64,000 bases of DNA from Chrysemys picta bellii (GCF_011386835.1 NC_088792.1:81096001-81160000); one strand, 5' to 3'; numbered from the stretch's first letter, positions 20,800 to 34,695 are shown. Notes: generated from the letters alone by a model not told the origin. Translations and numbers: made by a program.

Positions 20800-23242
20800 G
20801 TAAATAAAACGGAATAAATTATATTGTTTCAAAGTATATTAAGTCTAGTGCTGGTGAACATTGCATGGGAAATAAAGACTTCATGAATGTTCTTGTAGAT
20901 AAATCCTTGGATTCATTTTGACAGCATTCATGGCCCCTTGCTGCAAACAATTGTGTAAGTGAATTTTTGTTCCTGGAATTCAAATACTTGGGCAAATCCA
21001 TATGCTCACAAGTATTTACATGGGAAATTTTCACATGTCCATCTTGGAAGCAGTTAGTAGGTTAAGGAGCAGAACAGTATTCTGTAATAGATGGCTAATC
21101 ACACAACCCGAGTAGTAATGACTCAAAGCAAACATCATCGCAAATGTTTCATGGCAGAAACATATTCACAGAAATCACTCATTAAATAATTTCAAATAAC
21201 AAATGAGTAAAGTCGAGGTCTGTCCGTGGATAATTTACGAACAGAGAAAAGTGGCTATATTTGTAGACTAACATGTCCACTGCAAATAGTTCATCCAGGT
21301 TGAAATGAGACCAAGAGAAAGCAAAGATCTAAAGGGCTGATCCAATCCCTATTGAAGTCAAAGGGAACCTTTCCATTGACTTGAATAGAAATTAGACACC
21401 TCTTAGGATTTCAGATTCAGTGCCTTTTATGTTTTTTTCTGATAAAAAACCAGTTCTGGAAAGACTTTTTACATACTAAGGCACTGATTCAGAAAAACAT
21501 CCCTCTAAGATATAAACTGTATCTTCCAGAGAGAGCTTATTTTAATTCTTACAAAGTATTGGTAGTTTAGAATGGTCTTAATTTAGAGTGCTCACTGAAA
21601 AGTGTATTCTCACTTCCATTCTGAGGAGCAGACACAAATCCCCTTGCTGGCAGGTAAGAATATAAACTCCATATTCAGCATTTGTAGAATTCTTTCTTCT
21701 CAACATAGGTACATGGAGTGGTGCATATCTAATGTTTTTTTTTCTTTTCTTTTTCTGTTAAAATCTGTAAAGTGCAGGTCTTCTCTGAATGATGACTATA
21801 AAATGGCATCATGAGGGCCCACTTGTAATGCATCTCAATGATTTCTGAACAAATTTGCTCAGTTTACATATAAAAATGTTATTTTTCTAACTGCCAACTC
21901 TACTAATGCAATGTGGAATCTGAGAGTTGAGATGAGTTCTTCCCTCCTAATGCATCATCACTAGTAACAAAGATTCTGCAGATCTAATGCTGCTCTTAGC
22001 TACATCTGTACAATTCCACTGCCATCACCATTCTAGGAATTGGAAGGTAGCTCAAACTTCATACCCATTTAATTCTTGGCCACACTGCTGAGATAGCCTG
22101 TTATTACCCTTTGTTCTGGCACTTGTGTGCGTGATGTAAACATCTGACTAGTTACTTAGAACAGGACTGAGATCATGAATTCATTTTTCATAGGTCACTG
22201 AACAGCAACACATTTTTGCTCATCAGTTGGATGAGACACAAAGATTCTGGTTCTTTGTGGTTTGCCGTTCATCTGTTGTTGGTTGTTATGTTTGAGTATG
22301 GAATGCTGAACCCAATCTTGAAGCCATTAACTGAACAAGACTCGGATTTATTCCAATCAAAAACTGATCCCACCATGCTTAGAGTGGGAACAGAAAGGTA
22401 CTTTCCAACACTTCGTGATCGATTATTTGCACAGCAGAGGCTCAATTTGCCACTGCATCTGAGCTCCACTAGGGCAGATGGGGGGACCTAATCTAACTTA
22501 TGCCACTGGAGACTTTATACCACTGGAGGATGGGGTAGTGAAGCTTTGCTTCACCATACCCCCTGTCTTGGTGTCAACATGCCCCCTCTCTCCTCCTACC
22601 CTGGGGCTGTGGAGTGGCTGGCACAGGAGCTGACTTAGCCGCATATGCCAGCCTTACACCAGTGGAGAGTTCCCGTGTGCTAGGGGAATTCTCTGCTGTC
22701 CACCTATGGCTGAATCAAGCATCAAGTGGGCAGAATGGACCAGGGAACCCAGCCCAGCATTGTTATGTTGTTAGTCTGACAGTTCCAGTCCTGGACTGCC
22801 ATCATCCAAAGGAAAAACACTGCTTGCTCTAAATTCTCTCAGTTACACCAGGGTCAATCTGGAGAACTCCACTGACTTCAGTGAAAGTCCTTCAACTTGT
22901 AAACAAGAATAGAATTGGCCCCTAGCCCAGCACACCTGGGTACTTAGCTGAACTGGTTGTACTAATAAAAGTTGCAGTCTACAAGGTAAATCCTTCCAAA
23001 TGGAGCCACTGTCAAACTAGAGATATTTTGGGGCTTAATTACCACGACTCTGTCCTTTTAAAGCTACATTGTCACCAATTTTCAATACTAAATTGTAATT
23101 TTTAAGTTAACCTGGAATATAAACTCATCAAGGATTGCACAGCACTTTGAGAACTACCAGGGAAAGCGGTGGGTGGTATTATTATGGTTGTTTTTTCATA
23201 TTTTCTGCAGACCACCTTGGTAATTCAGTGTTTTGTTCATAG

Positions 23243-23321
23243 GTTCTCTTAGTGTTTACAGATGGGCTGGATGATACTATAGAAATGCTCAGAACAACAG
23301 CAGACTCCCTTCGCATTAAAG
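23243..23321 (+). CDS. COL6A4: COL6A4-like exon (79 nt)
   Basis: VLLVFTDGLDDTIEMLRTTADSLRIK; ag/gt. Confidence 0.9.
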
Positions 23322-23839
23322 GTATGGCCTGTTATGACAGTCCAGCATTGCATTGCACCAGGAGATAAAACTACAATGCGAAAAGAGCCTCACAAGCATT
23401 GAGTCTCAGAGCCTGGGTCAACTGACTCAGGCCCACATAATGGGGCCAAAAATAGCAGTGTAGACGTTCTCGCTTAGGCTCTGAGACCCACACCTTTTGC
23501 TGGGTTTCAGAGGCTGAGCTCCAGCCCAAAAGGAAATGTTTACATTGCTATTTTTACCTCTGCAAGCTTGAGTAAGTCAACCTGGACTCTGAGATTTGCT
23601 GCCGTGGGTTTTTTGGTTTATTTTGCAATGTAGACATACCCAAAGAGTGCTACATTCCTCTCCCACTGCAGACCTTCCACATACTCATGCTGATCTGCCC
23701 GAGAATTCTTGGTAAGCATCCTCCCTTCTCTGGGTGAGCCAGGGCTCTCAATTCCCTGAATGATTCATAGACTTTACCTCTCCCAGTATGATCATGAGGG
23801 TTTCCGCCACCAGCTCCATTTTCACTCTAGGATAATAAT

Positions 23840-24673
23840 TGTTAGAGAGCTTATTCCTTCACTCTCCCACTTCCCTGGTCCTTCTCGCATGAACAGAGAG
23901 CAACAATACCCGAAGTCTGAAGGTGCAAACAATTCAATGTTTATTGGGATGAACTTCCAGCAAGCTTAAGTCCAAGTCCCTTTTTCCTTATTTTCGAATC
24001 CCAACTTACTTCCGGTTTGCCCCTAATTTATATAGTAATATTCACAGCTATACCTTAACCAATCATTCTACTGAAATTTACCTAACCAATCCTAACATAT
24101 TGTAACACGATTAGCTAACCAATTATATCCCACCACCTTAATTAGTTTACACCCAGCAAAATTAATTATACAGCAGACAGAAACAATCACAGAACCAGAC
24201 AGAGACCGTGCAAATAAACATAGCAAAGTGGGAACTATAATGCCAAAACAATACAGAAGTGAGGATTTTACAACTACATCTATACAGACATAAGGGTTTC
24301 CCAGCTGTGTCTATTGATAAGTGAGTTCTTACCAGACAGAAAACTATGAAACTAAATTTCCTTTTACATCTTCTAGGCTTTTCCCTTTCTCTGGAGGTGA
24401 TAGATCAGATCACCTTCCTAACAGCCCCAGATTGCCTTATTTCAATATGGCTAGTTTGGAATGTGAGAATGTGACCGCACGCTTCCCAGTTTATGGCTGC
24501 CTCTTAGCCAAAGGTATTGGCCTAAGAACAGGGCCTCAGACTGTCACAGTGAGAGAAGGCCCTTACACAGATTCTTTCTTTCATACCTCTATAAGTAGCT
24601 AAATGATAAACATAGACCTAAATTCTTAAAGTATAGGCCTTTACAGACAGGCTTGAATATCTATATCCTAACA
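23840..24673 (-). mobile_element. Solo LTR (834 bp)
   Basis: TGTTAG..CTAACA termini; 5-bp TSD ATAAT; minus-strand TATATAAA 24027-24034 and AATAAA 23940-23945. Confidence 0.85.
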
Positions 24674-25355
24674 ATAATCCTTTTATTAAACCAAGAGGGC
24701 TGACTGTTTTTGTTTCTGCCACTTTTAGTGTGATTTAAATGTCCAGATTCCTCTATTTTCCTTTCTAAGTCTAAGAGCAGAGACTGTATGATGATCTCCC
24801 ACCTTGCTGTAATAGCAAGGAGTAGATGTAAGCACAGAGTAAATAGATGGCTGCCTAAGACACTGCATTTCAGGAGGCAACATAACTTTGGAAGGAATTT
24901 TACTCCAGAAAGTAGCTGTCTGATCTCAAAAATATTCACCAACTGAAAAGTTGACATTTTTCATTGCAGGTCAGATGAAACCTTTTGAAAAGTTTCATTT
25001 TGGTTTCGACCTTCTTTCTTTTTTAATCTTCAGTTAGCTCAAATTTTGGAACAAAAAGTCATTATGAACAGGAAAAGCAGCATTTTTCATTTTGAAAATA
25101 TCAAAATGAAACTGACATTTTCAAAATCCTTTCCTCGACATGTTTTTGAGTCGGTAAATTTGTCGAACCCAACCCTGTTCTGCAAATGGTTTCGGTTTTG
25201 ACGAATCCACATTTTTTTGACAAAACAGATTAATTGAAAAATTCCTGACCAGCTCTATTTATGGGTCACTTCAAAAACCAAATCATTTACGGTCATTATT
25301 CTAATTATTAAAGCAGATCAGATAAACAACAGTTTTAACATATTTCTTTTTAAAG

Positions 25356-25501
25356 GCCTTGATGCGCTTTTAATGGTTGGCCTGGAAAATATGCAGGATT
25401 TGAACGAACTTCAGGAAATAGGGTTTGGCAGAGGATTTGGATACAAGCAACCTCTGAGCATTGGATTTCCAGAACTTCCAAACATCTTACGGAAAGAACT
25501 T
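25356..25501 (+). CDS. COL6A4: COL6A4-like exon (146 nt)
   Basis: GLDALLMVGLE..LQEIGFGRGFGYKQPLSIG..LRKEL; ag/gt. Confidence 0.9.
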
Positions 25502-25591
25502 GTAAGTCCCTTTGTGACATGAACAAAGACAAAACCCATCACATTTTGACAATCTGATAGATAAGCTAGTATATCACGAATTATTTTGCAG

Positions 25592-25684
25592 GACATGGTT
25601 GCTGAAAGAAAATGCTGCAATGTTCTTGCTAAGTGTGTTGGCGAACATGGTTTTCGTGGTGTAACTGGACCTCCTGGGAGGAAG
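25592..25684 (+). CDS. COL6A4: COL6A4-like exon, start of triple helix (93 nt)
   Basis: DMVAERKCCNVLAKCVGEHGFRGVTGPPGRK. Confidence 0.92.
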
Positions 25685-27399
25685 GTAAGTGTACAAAAGT
25701 GTCTACTGGTTAGTTATTTTGTTTTGCCAGTCTTTTTTTAAAGTAGTTCAGTGCTACACACATAAAACACCTGCAAATCTTGCCAGTACAACAGGAAACA
25801 AAAGCTTGATCATTTCTCTAGTGTAAATTTTATTCTAGTATAAGTTTTTCTTATACAAATATAGACCAGTAAAACACACAGAAAAACAGGTGGCCTTGGT
25901 GACTTTTGACACTAATGACCATTGGACACATTCCTTGGGCCAATTCAGTAATCGGAAATAACCCTGTCCCTTCCTCACTTGACCATGACAATTATGGCTA
26001 ATTGCCTTTGGTAGCTTACTGCTGCTGTATTAGCAATTTGAACGCTAGCTGCCTTCCCACCAGCCACCAACATCACCCCTCTCTTGTGCTTTCTCGTTCT
26101 TCTTTCTCATCCCACCTCTGCATCCATGTGCAGGAATTGCCACACCTGGCATCGTACTGTCCTTCCAAAACTCCCTGTTTAAAAAAATCTTGTTACTCAC
26201 GTTGCTTTCTCGGATATTTTCCTGAAATCCATCAGATCGGGTTATGGGGGGCTCTATTGGTTGAAGTTTTCCCACTTGGAATGGTGCTATAACATGGAGC
26301 ATGCCAGCTACCCCACACAGATACTGGTTTATAGAACAAACTGTAGCCATTTTTCTTGTATAATATTTAATAATAATACTTTGAGTTGCTATAGTGCCAT
26401 TTATTTGAGACTTGTTATTAATTAAATAAATAAATTAAGCTTTGCTTTGTAACACCCCTATATTGTTGTTCTAACCATTTTACATATGAGTAAACTGAGG
26501 CCCAGAGAATAAGTTCCAGATATTTCAGCTCTGGCCTCCTTTCTTTTTCTTGTCACAGAGCATGGCAGGATCTGGCCCTCTCCATTCTATCTGCTTCTTT
26601 AATAAAACGCAGAGTGAAAAATATGTCTCACTTAGAAGAGAGACAAAAAATTGATTATAATATACTATTGCTGAATGAATATGGACTGGAGAGGAGGGAG
26701 GGGGAAGTATTTGCAAACATTGATTCAAACAAGGACCATGAATTATCTTTGACATTCACAACCCTTTTCTTTCATTCTAGGCTAACATTCATAGCATCAT
26801 TCTTTTAGTTACAAGTATATTCTTAGAAACCAAAGACTTTTGTGCAAATCTGTGCACTGGTCAAGCGGTTTGATCTGGATTTGTTTTCCCTTTTGCTGTT
26901 TATAAAAAATTGTCATCCACTCAGCAAGGCGAAACTTTATCATGTGATTAGAGTGAATTGTCTGACATCACAAATAATGAATAGTTGAAGCAAATAATTT
27001 GTAAATAACCCATATGTTGGAACATGCTCCTGTATAATGGTCAAACAATTTCCAGTAGCAGACAAAATTAGCCTGTTCGTGGATAATTTGCCATCCAAAG
27101 AGGCTTAATTAACTATTTCCTATAAAGAAGTCATCATCTTGACAGTGTAGACTTTGTAGGAAGGAAAGGAAAGACAGGTGTAAAAACCACTCTTTTATGG
27201 CAAACAGACAGGGTTTCTGAAAGACAGTTTCTCGGGTTATTTTTAATAGTCACAGAAAATTTAAACACCCTCTTCAGATATCTGTTCACTTATCATATCC
27301 CCTCTTAGTCCTCACTTAGGCAATATGTATATACGCAGTTCTTATTTTTCCTCATAAATCACTCCTGTCAGCTCCTTGCTTATTTTTGCTGCTCTTCTA

Positions 27400-27930
27400 T
27401 GAATCCCTCCATTTTGTCAATTTCTTTCTAGCAATATGGTGCCCAAATGATAAAAGCAATATGCAAGACACAGTTTCAGCAGGCCTGTGTAGACATTCCT
27501 TGTCCTGTGACATGTAGCCTTTGAAACTGCAGCCGACAATCATTCAAGCAAACTTTGGTGCTGTATTATATTGAGAATTCATGACTAATTGCCTGTCCAC
27601 TGCCATTCCTAGTTCTTTTTCAACATTTTGGTTTTCCAGGCTTCTCCTGCACACTGAATGTTGGCATTTTGGGTTATTTTTCCCAAGAGACGATGAGTTT
27701 TTCATCATTCCAAATCAAATATAAATTGAGTCTTTGCATATATCTTTAATATCTCTAGGTCTCTTTGTAATATATTATTTCTCTGTTCTCAATAGTATTT
27801 AACTCCTTACAATATAGTACCCTCTGTGAACTTTGTTAGCATGCTTATTATTTCCTATTCCAGATGATTAATGAAGATATTGAATAAAATGAAACCTACC
27901 ATTGACCTCTCTGGTGACAACCAGAAAACA
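27400..27930 (-). mobile_element. Ancient CR1 fragment
   Basis: Degenerate minus-strand CR1 ORF2-like sequence (tggtgcccaaa.., ctttgttagcatg, gattaatgaagatattgaataa); boundaries approximate. Confidence 0.45.
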
Positions 27931-28191
27931 CACCAAAGGCTTATCCTGAAACTGTATACTGAACACTGTTCTAATTATTATTTCTCAAGTTTAAATGACT
28001 TTTAGTAGTGGAAATGTCCAAGATGCAGCTTTTTTTCTCCCCTTTATAATTGACTCTGGTTTGAAAGGTATGTTTTCTATCTGCACATGCAGAGTTCTGC
28101 AGCCACCCTCCTGTAATCAAATGTGAAGGAGCACTCTGTTGAGGAAAAGGAAATCTGAGACAGTTTTATCTTATTCATTTGTTTCTTTCAG

Positions 28192-28245
28192 GGAGGTGTA
28201 GGCTTCAGGGGATCTCCTGGCCACCCTGGTGAGGAAGGTGGAATT
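28192..28245 (+). CDS. COL6A4: Triple-helix exon (54 nt)
   Basis: GGVGFRGSPGHPGEEGGI; ag/gt. Confidence 0.92.
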
Positions 28246-29514
28246 GTAAGTAAACATTTTGCCTGCCTTCATTTTAAGGGGGATGTTGGGAACCCCCCAC
28301 AGACCTTGGAAAATGTACCACCACTGCTTGTACACAGAAAGGGGATTGCCTACGACTTCTACTGCACGTAGTTTTTGGTGAATGTAGCACCAAATGATTT
28401 GCCAACATCACAGAGTGGCTGTTGTGGAACTCGGAGTAGAACTCAGATCTCCTGATTTACAGTCATGTGCCTCTCACACAAGCCCTCTTGTCCCTCTCAG
28501 CATAAGCCAGCATATCATAAGAAAAGCCAATCATAAGTATAGCAGCATAAGATTATTATTTTTGGTGCATTTACTAATGGCTTTGCAATGAGTTATTTAT
28601 TACTGCTGTAGACTTCAGCATAACACACACAAGGCTGGAAATGTTCTCCCCCCCCCCAACCTTTTAAAATCATAAATTCTGTCGAGACATCACCCAGAGA
28701 AGGCCAACAAAAATTAATTTCTTTACCAGTATAAACACAGAACTAGTTTTATAATGTTGCAGCCCTGTCACTTGGACATAAAGACTTTTATTGATGGCAG
28801 GAAGGCTGCACACCAAAAACCCATTCTGAGATAACTATATAGAAGCATGCAAGCCCCATTGGAGTAATTTCTGCTCTCGGCGTGTGCTTGGCTAGCTTGA
28901 TCTTGCCACTGGAGATGCTGTCTGGGGCTGGCCAGAAGACAGCCCGGGTGGAGCCGGCAGTGAAAGAGAATGCCTCCGAACTGGGATTGTGGAGAAAGCA
29001 CTCTCTGTTGCTGTGCCCTCCAACCCCAGAGGCCATGACTCACGTTAAGCAGCAGATAGATGGAAGAAATCAACTTTCCCAAATTTCAGGTCACCTCCAT
29101 CCCTGCCCAGAAGGGGGAGAGAAAAAGGAGAACCATCGATTCCCCATTGTCTTGTGGATGCTATAACCTAAAAGCAACTCCCATGCCCCCACTTTCCCCT
29201 ATTAGCTGCTAAGCCCTCCAGCTTTTCCTGACTTCAATATAAAAATCTGCAGCACACTGAGAATTTGAGGAAGCCAAAACAATTGAATGTAATAAAATAA
29301 CGAACACAAGGTATACTGTGCTGATTATACTGTATTGGACTGAGGTGGGTGGTGCATTGAGGAAGGGAGAACTTGAAGGGCAGTACCACATAACTACAGG
29401 CTCCCTGCTTTATTATTCCATGATACCCAGCTCAAAATTTAGGTGTAATGTGTCAAATAGGACACGGGGCTATGCGTAAGGCCCAGAATGCAGCTGCATT
29501 ATTGCCCTTGCACT

Positions 29515-30006
29515 TGTTGTGGAAAATAGACCACACGGTTGATTTTGGATCAGACAGCCTGAGGCTCCTTTATTGATCAATTAAACATGCATGCATGGGG
29601 GAGTCAACTAAGGCAGCTGAACACCCGCCTGACAGATAAAATACGAGAGCTTATATAGGATAAAACCACAATTAGTAATACATACTTTCTTATCAACATT
29701 ATTGCCATATTTGAAATACAATATCCTTAAAAGGGAATATAGCATAATAAGCTTTCCTGTTATTCTTAGTTTGCCCTTTGTGGTTACATGCTTCCCTAAA
29801 AACTAACAGTGGGCAGTTATGAATCACCAGCCTTGTGATTACAGGTAGTTCCTCTTCTGTACTTTTCCTTCACCCTGCTTTCAAAAATCCCCTTTTCTTC
29901 AAAAACCCTCTTTCTTTCTGTTAACTTGACTAATGTTCAGGCCCAAGCCAAAATATAGGCCTACCTGATCCAATCTAAGTTTAGGCCCAGAAATCTTTCT
30001 ACAACA
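29515..30006 (-). mobile_element. Solo LTR, ERV1-like (492 bp)
   Basis: TGTTGT..ACAACA termini; 4-bp TSD CACT; minus-strand AATAAA 29569-29574 and TATA-like motif 29651-29657. Confidence 0.8.
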
Positions 30007-30414
30007 CACTTTTATATAGTGTTGTGCCACTATATCACTATTTTATACTTGGAACCAGATTCTGATCCCATTTGCACTAGTGTAAATCTGGAGTAATTAC
30101 ACTGGTAGAGAAGAGGGTCCAGGGATTGCACAAGAGGTACAAGGCTCCTTGTGCCTTCCTCCTCCCTTATATGTCTTTGCAACTGTCTCTCACAATCAGA
30201 CCCAAAATGATCTCTCTCTCTCTCACACCCTGAATTTGATTTTTTATTAATACAATATTCTAAAGAGTCTTGGTGGAAGATTTTGCTACTGTCTTTGGCG
30301 GCTGCTCCTGGCTGCTCCTGAAGTTGTCTCCATTTTTTTCAAAGATTGCGGATGTGATCTCTCAGACAAGATTGTTGCTAAAGATTCTTCCACCTTGTAT
30401 TTAGTTGTGACACT

Positions 30415-30565
30415 CTGAGTTTCTTTCCCAGACCTGAAGAAGAGCTCTGTGTAAGCTTAAAAGCTTGTCTCTTTCACCAACAGAAGTTGGTCCAATACAA
30501 GATATTATCTCACTCACCTAGTCTCTCTAATATCCTGGGCCCAACACGGCTACAACAACACTGCA
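30415..30565 (+). mobile_element. Short Penelope-like terminal fragment, second family, degenerate hammerhead
   Basis: gacCTGAAGAagagctctgtgtaagcttaaaagcttgtc; GAAA mutated to AAAA. Confidence 0.7.
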
Positions 30566-30981
30566 ATCAAAATATCTGTGTCTTTTCAGTCTACATGTCA
30601 TCCCTAAGAGACCCGTAGAATAATCCTTCCAGGATTAGATGTCCATATGAGAGGAAAGGGGTATTCAGTTCAGGACAAGTTATAAAAAGAATCAATCTTC
30701 CAATATCAAGATTTCAGAGTCAGGAAGTTTTTTCTGTGTGGTGGTGTGGGGACAAAACATAACATGACAGTAAATGCTTAGAACAGTGATACAGCCCAAA
30801 CTTTGCAGGGACTGACTCAAAGCCCTTTGGCTTCCCATTGACTTCAGTGGGCCCTAGTCAGGTCCCTAATGCAGTGGATGGTGATAGTTAAAGAACCCTG
30901 GCTTGCTTTAACTGTAGATTTTTAAATAACCAGTGACCAATTTTTAATGCATGAATTTTAACACTCTGCCTTGCTTTGTAG

Positions 30982-31053
30982 GGGGAGAGAGGTCGAATGG
31001 GCTTCAATGGAACTCAAGGAGAAGGAGGATGCCCAGGCATTAGAGGTCCTAAG
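30982..31053 (+). CDS. COL6A4: Triple-helix exon (72 nt) with conserved Cys50; GC donor
   Basis: GERGRMGFNGTQGEGGCPGIRGPK; donor AAG|gcaagt. Confidence 0.9.
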
Positions 31054-31560
31054 GCAAGTGTTAGAAGCATTATTTACCCCCCCCCTTTTATTTTTACTTT
31101 CCATATATCTATTTTGCACCTAGAAGAATTCCCTTCTGTGCATTCTTTAAGGACTTGTGGACGGCTATGCCCTGTTTTCAGAATACCAGAGTGACCCTCT
31201 AGCTTCTGGGTGTGCTGGGCTTGTATCTAGTCTTAGTGGCTCTGGCCAGGACAAGAGCATTGCAATGGTGGTTGGAGAGTCTGCTGATTCAGCAGTTCTC
31301 CAATGAATTTCCCACCTGCGGAGCTGCTACAGAGCCCTAGTGAGGAGTTAAAGTTGAACCAACCTGATTGCTAGGACAGGAACAGAAATGTCAATCTGCC
31401 CTGGGGCACCAAGGAGCTTTCATGGTGTAGATTCTGAAACTCGATCCCTCTTTGGCATCAATTCAGCAAGCTGCTTCTTGCTCCTGCACCAGCTCTAGAA
31501 AACACTTCTGCTGCTTTTTGGTATAGTTTAAATTTTAACACAACTTATTTTTAATTTCAG

Positions 31561-31587
31561 GGAGCAAGAGGCTATCGAGGAAGCCGG
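31561..31587 (+). CDS. COL6A4: Triple-helix exon (27 nt)
   Basis: GARGYRGSR; ag/gt. Confidence 0.88.
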
Positions 31588-31876
31588 GTATGTGTTCTTT
31601 CTCTAGTTTCTTCCAGCAAAACCGCTCTTGGTTATACACAGTCCTGTCATCTTTACTTCATGAGGTAGGATGAAAGTATGAAAGCTAGCTAAAGACCAAG
31701 GCAAAGGGTATCAAAAATTGAGTTTAAAAACATTGTGTGGATATATAATGTATGCTGGGTTGGGAACTGCTCCTAGACTATTAAGAGACAATGGACATGT
31801 GATTCATTTGAACTGAACGACTGCAGAAATTTGACCTAAATTGCTCACAGTGAAAAAGTCAGCACTAGTTACCAAT

Positions 31877-32091
31877 AAAAAGCAACAAAGAGTCCTGTGG
31901 CACCTTATAGACTAACAGAGGTATTGGAATATAAGCTTTCGTGGGTGAATACCCACTTCGTCAGACGCATGTGATGAAGTGGGTATTCACCCATGAAAGC
32001 TTAAGCTCCAGTACGTCTGTTAGTCCATAAGGTGCCACAGGACTCTTTGTTGCTTTTTACAGATCCAGACTAACATGGCTACCCCTCTGAT
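31877..32091. mobile_element. Penelope-like insertion made of two inverted terminal segments
   Basis: Inverted arms about 31877-31965 and 31972-32058; 13-bp TSD ACTAGTTACCAAT at 31864-31876 and 32092-32104. Confidence 0.9.
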
Positions 32092-32599
32092 ACTAGTTAC
32101 CAATGTAACACTATTGGGGGCACAAGAGAGGGTTGCCAGAACTTCCCCTAGCTCTGGTTAGCTGGTTCTAGGAGGTAATGCAAAGGTGCCAGGAGTGGGT
32201 AAGTCTGTTTCCTGAATTCCTTTACCTCTCTCTTTTTCTAAAGATCTAAAACCCATGACAGTAAAAGAAGAGTCAATTCAGCCTTGATGATTGATTTAAA
32301 AACCATTGCTCATTTTGGCTCAAATAAATTGAAATCTAAGGTGGGATTTTCAGAAGAGCCTAGTGGAGTTACGTATCCAAATCACACTGAAATTCAATGA
32401 TAGTAGAGTGCCTAATTGCCTTAGGAAAATGTCAGCCTTAATGTGTGCTCCGTAGACAAAGTGCAGTCTAAAAACTAGTGCAGTCCTTGAATCAAAGCCC
32501 ACCCTGTTGATATACAAAGACTACTTCACCTTTTTGGGCTACCATTACGCAACTTCATTTGGAGAGCATATATCTTTCATTGCTAACATTATCTTCTGG

Positions 32600-32695
32600 A
32601 AAAAGAAGAACAGGAGTACTTGTGGCACCTTAGAGACTAACAAATTTATTAGAGCATAAGCTTTCGTGGACTACAGCCCACTTCTTCGGATGCAT
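32600..32695 (-). mobile_element. Short Penelope-like terminal fragment with hammerhead-like motif
   Basis: Minus strand gcatCCGAAGAagtgggctgtagtccacGAAAgcttatgc. Confidence 0.8.
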
Positions 32696-34695
32696 ATAGA
32701 ATGGACTTTCATGAGGTTGATGGATTTCCATTCCATACGGCTAAATGCAGTGCCTTGCATAATGACAGGTTTCAGAGTATCTTCTGGGATGTGCATCTTC
32801 AACTCAGCCATAACACATGCTTCAGTCACTCTGCTCATTGTGTCCACTTAAGTTATTTAAAAATGAAACTCTCCACTCCAAAGAAAGGATTCAATACTGG
32901 TAACTCAGTAAGCTCAAGAGAATCAGAACTTTGGTCTCATGCAAGCCATTTAGAGACAGTTATTCAGAAACAGCTGTACTTAGTATATGATACTATAAAC
33001 TTGGGCTCAGATCTGTTAACACGGGAAAGAAAAATAAAAAAAATGCAAAAACAAAAGTGGTGATCTCTTAGGATGTGGTTGTGGAATATTTATACAGTAA
33101 ACACTGATTTGTGAACTAATAGATTTGGAACAGTCTACTTTTTTCTCCTTCACTAACTAATGCAATTTGCCTCATAAGCATGTAATATATAGTGTTAATT
33201 ACTGCCAAGACCAAGCTAACAACCATTTACGAAGATATTAAAGCTATCAGATTATGAGTCCCATTGACTTCAGTGGTCTTTAGAAGAGGCCCTTAAAGTC
33301 ACTTTCAAGGTATTTGTGTATTACCCATTTCAATTCTCAAGGTAACAAAACAATGTATGGTCCCTTTTCATCTCTTTCTTTATTCCAACTGAGCATCAGA
33401 GTAAATTCCTTCTTTTTGTAAAGGGTAAACAAAAGGAAAAGACGAGCACTCCAAGTACCATTTAGTTTTCAATTAAAAGAAAACTATTTGGGCAATTCTA
33501 AAACATTTCAGGAGTTCCCTCACTGAAGTAAATTTCTTGTAGATGTAAATCTTCAGGACAATTACATTCAAAAGTCACATTCTTCATCTGAACAGCAAAT
33601 TCACATTACAAGCTTCTGAGATTTGGGTTGCTATTTTATAAGACATTATCTTCCAGAAATGGCTGATATTTTTTCTGATTTTTTTAGTGATAAGATCTCA
33701 GCTGCAATACAAAAAGGTGACTGTAGATGGTGTAATGTATTAGTCCTACCACTTCTGTAAAAAAAAACCCAAAACAAAACCCAAAAACCTGGTTGAAGAA
33801 TTTCAGTTATGAAGGACTGAATGGACTACTTTCAGATCCCATTAACCCTTTTTCTAGATCAACCAGAGAAATCATTGGCTTTCCCCTGGAGCTGACTAGG
33901 TCACCCTCTCAGAGCTCTTAGCTCTTGCTACCTGGGAAAGGAGTAATCAAAAGCAGGTGTCTCAACACTAATTACGCACCCATCAGATTGGCTCTAAGAA
34001 TGTTTGGATAAATGACATCTTTAACACAACATGGAGGTATTCACAGTTTTGAGTGAAGCTGGTTTAGAGTCAAAGTATCAAAATCCACCCTGATGCCAAT
34101 AAGCACAATTCTATTAAAACAATCCATTAAAATAATGGTTCTGTGCCTTTATTTGTCCCAAAGTCTACAAAACTCTTACATAGTTACTTCTACTTCCAGT
34201 AAAGCGATGTTTTTCTAAGAGAGATGCTCTAGGAATTATTTTTGGGAAGTTTCCTAGTCTGTGTTATACAGGAGGTCAGCCTAGGTTCTTTCTGGCCTTT
34301 GAATCCATAAATCTATGAATTATTACCAGCTGTTAAGTATAACAACCACAATATAAAATGCCCTAAAAGAACCCAGTACACTGTAAATAAGTAAAATAAT
34401 TGAGCACCAAAAATACAAGAGAACCTAAATGCTAGATCAAATGCGAACTGATTATATCCTGGAAGCTGAGAGATTTTAAGGATGCTGCCGATGGTAAAGG
34501 AGATGTGAAAAAATGACTGATGGCAAAGTAAAGAGAGTTCTTATTCTTGAAGTTCATATTTTTAATAACTATTATTCTTACTTTTGAAAGTATTCAAAAG
34601 CATGTTAGGTGTTTTGCTGTACATATAGAAAGACAGATTCCTTGCCCCAAAATGCTCACTAGTGTGCTAATGTGGATTTTTATTTCTACCAACAG

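Noticed and set aside
28768-29166. ORFs with a faint STRA motif reminiscent of a DIRS tyrosine recombinase
   Set aside because: The match is too weak; catalytic residues and flanking element structure are not recognisable.
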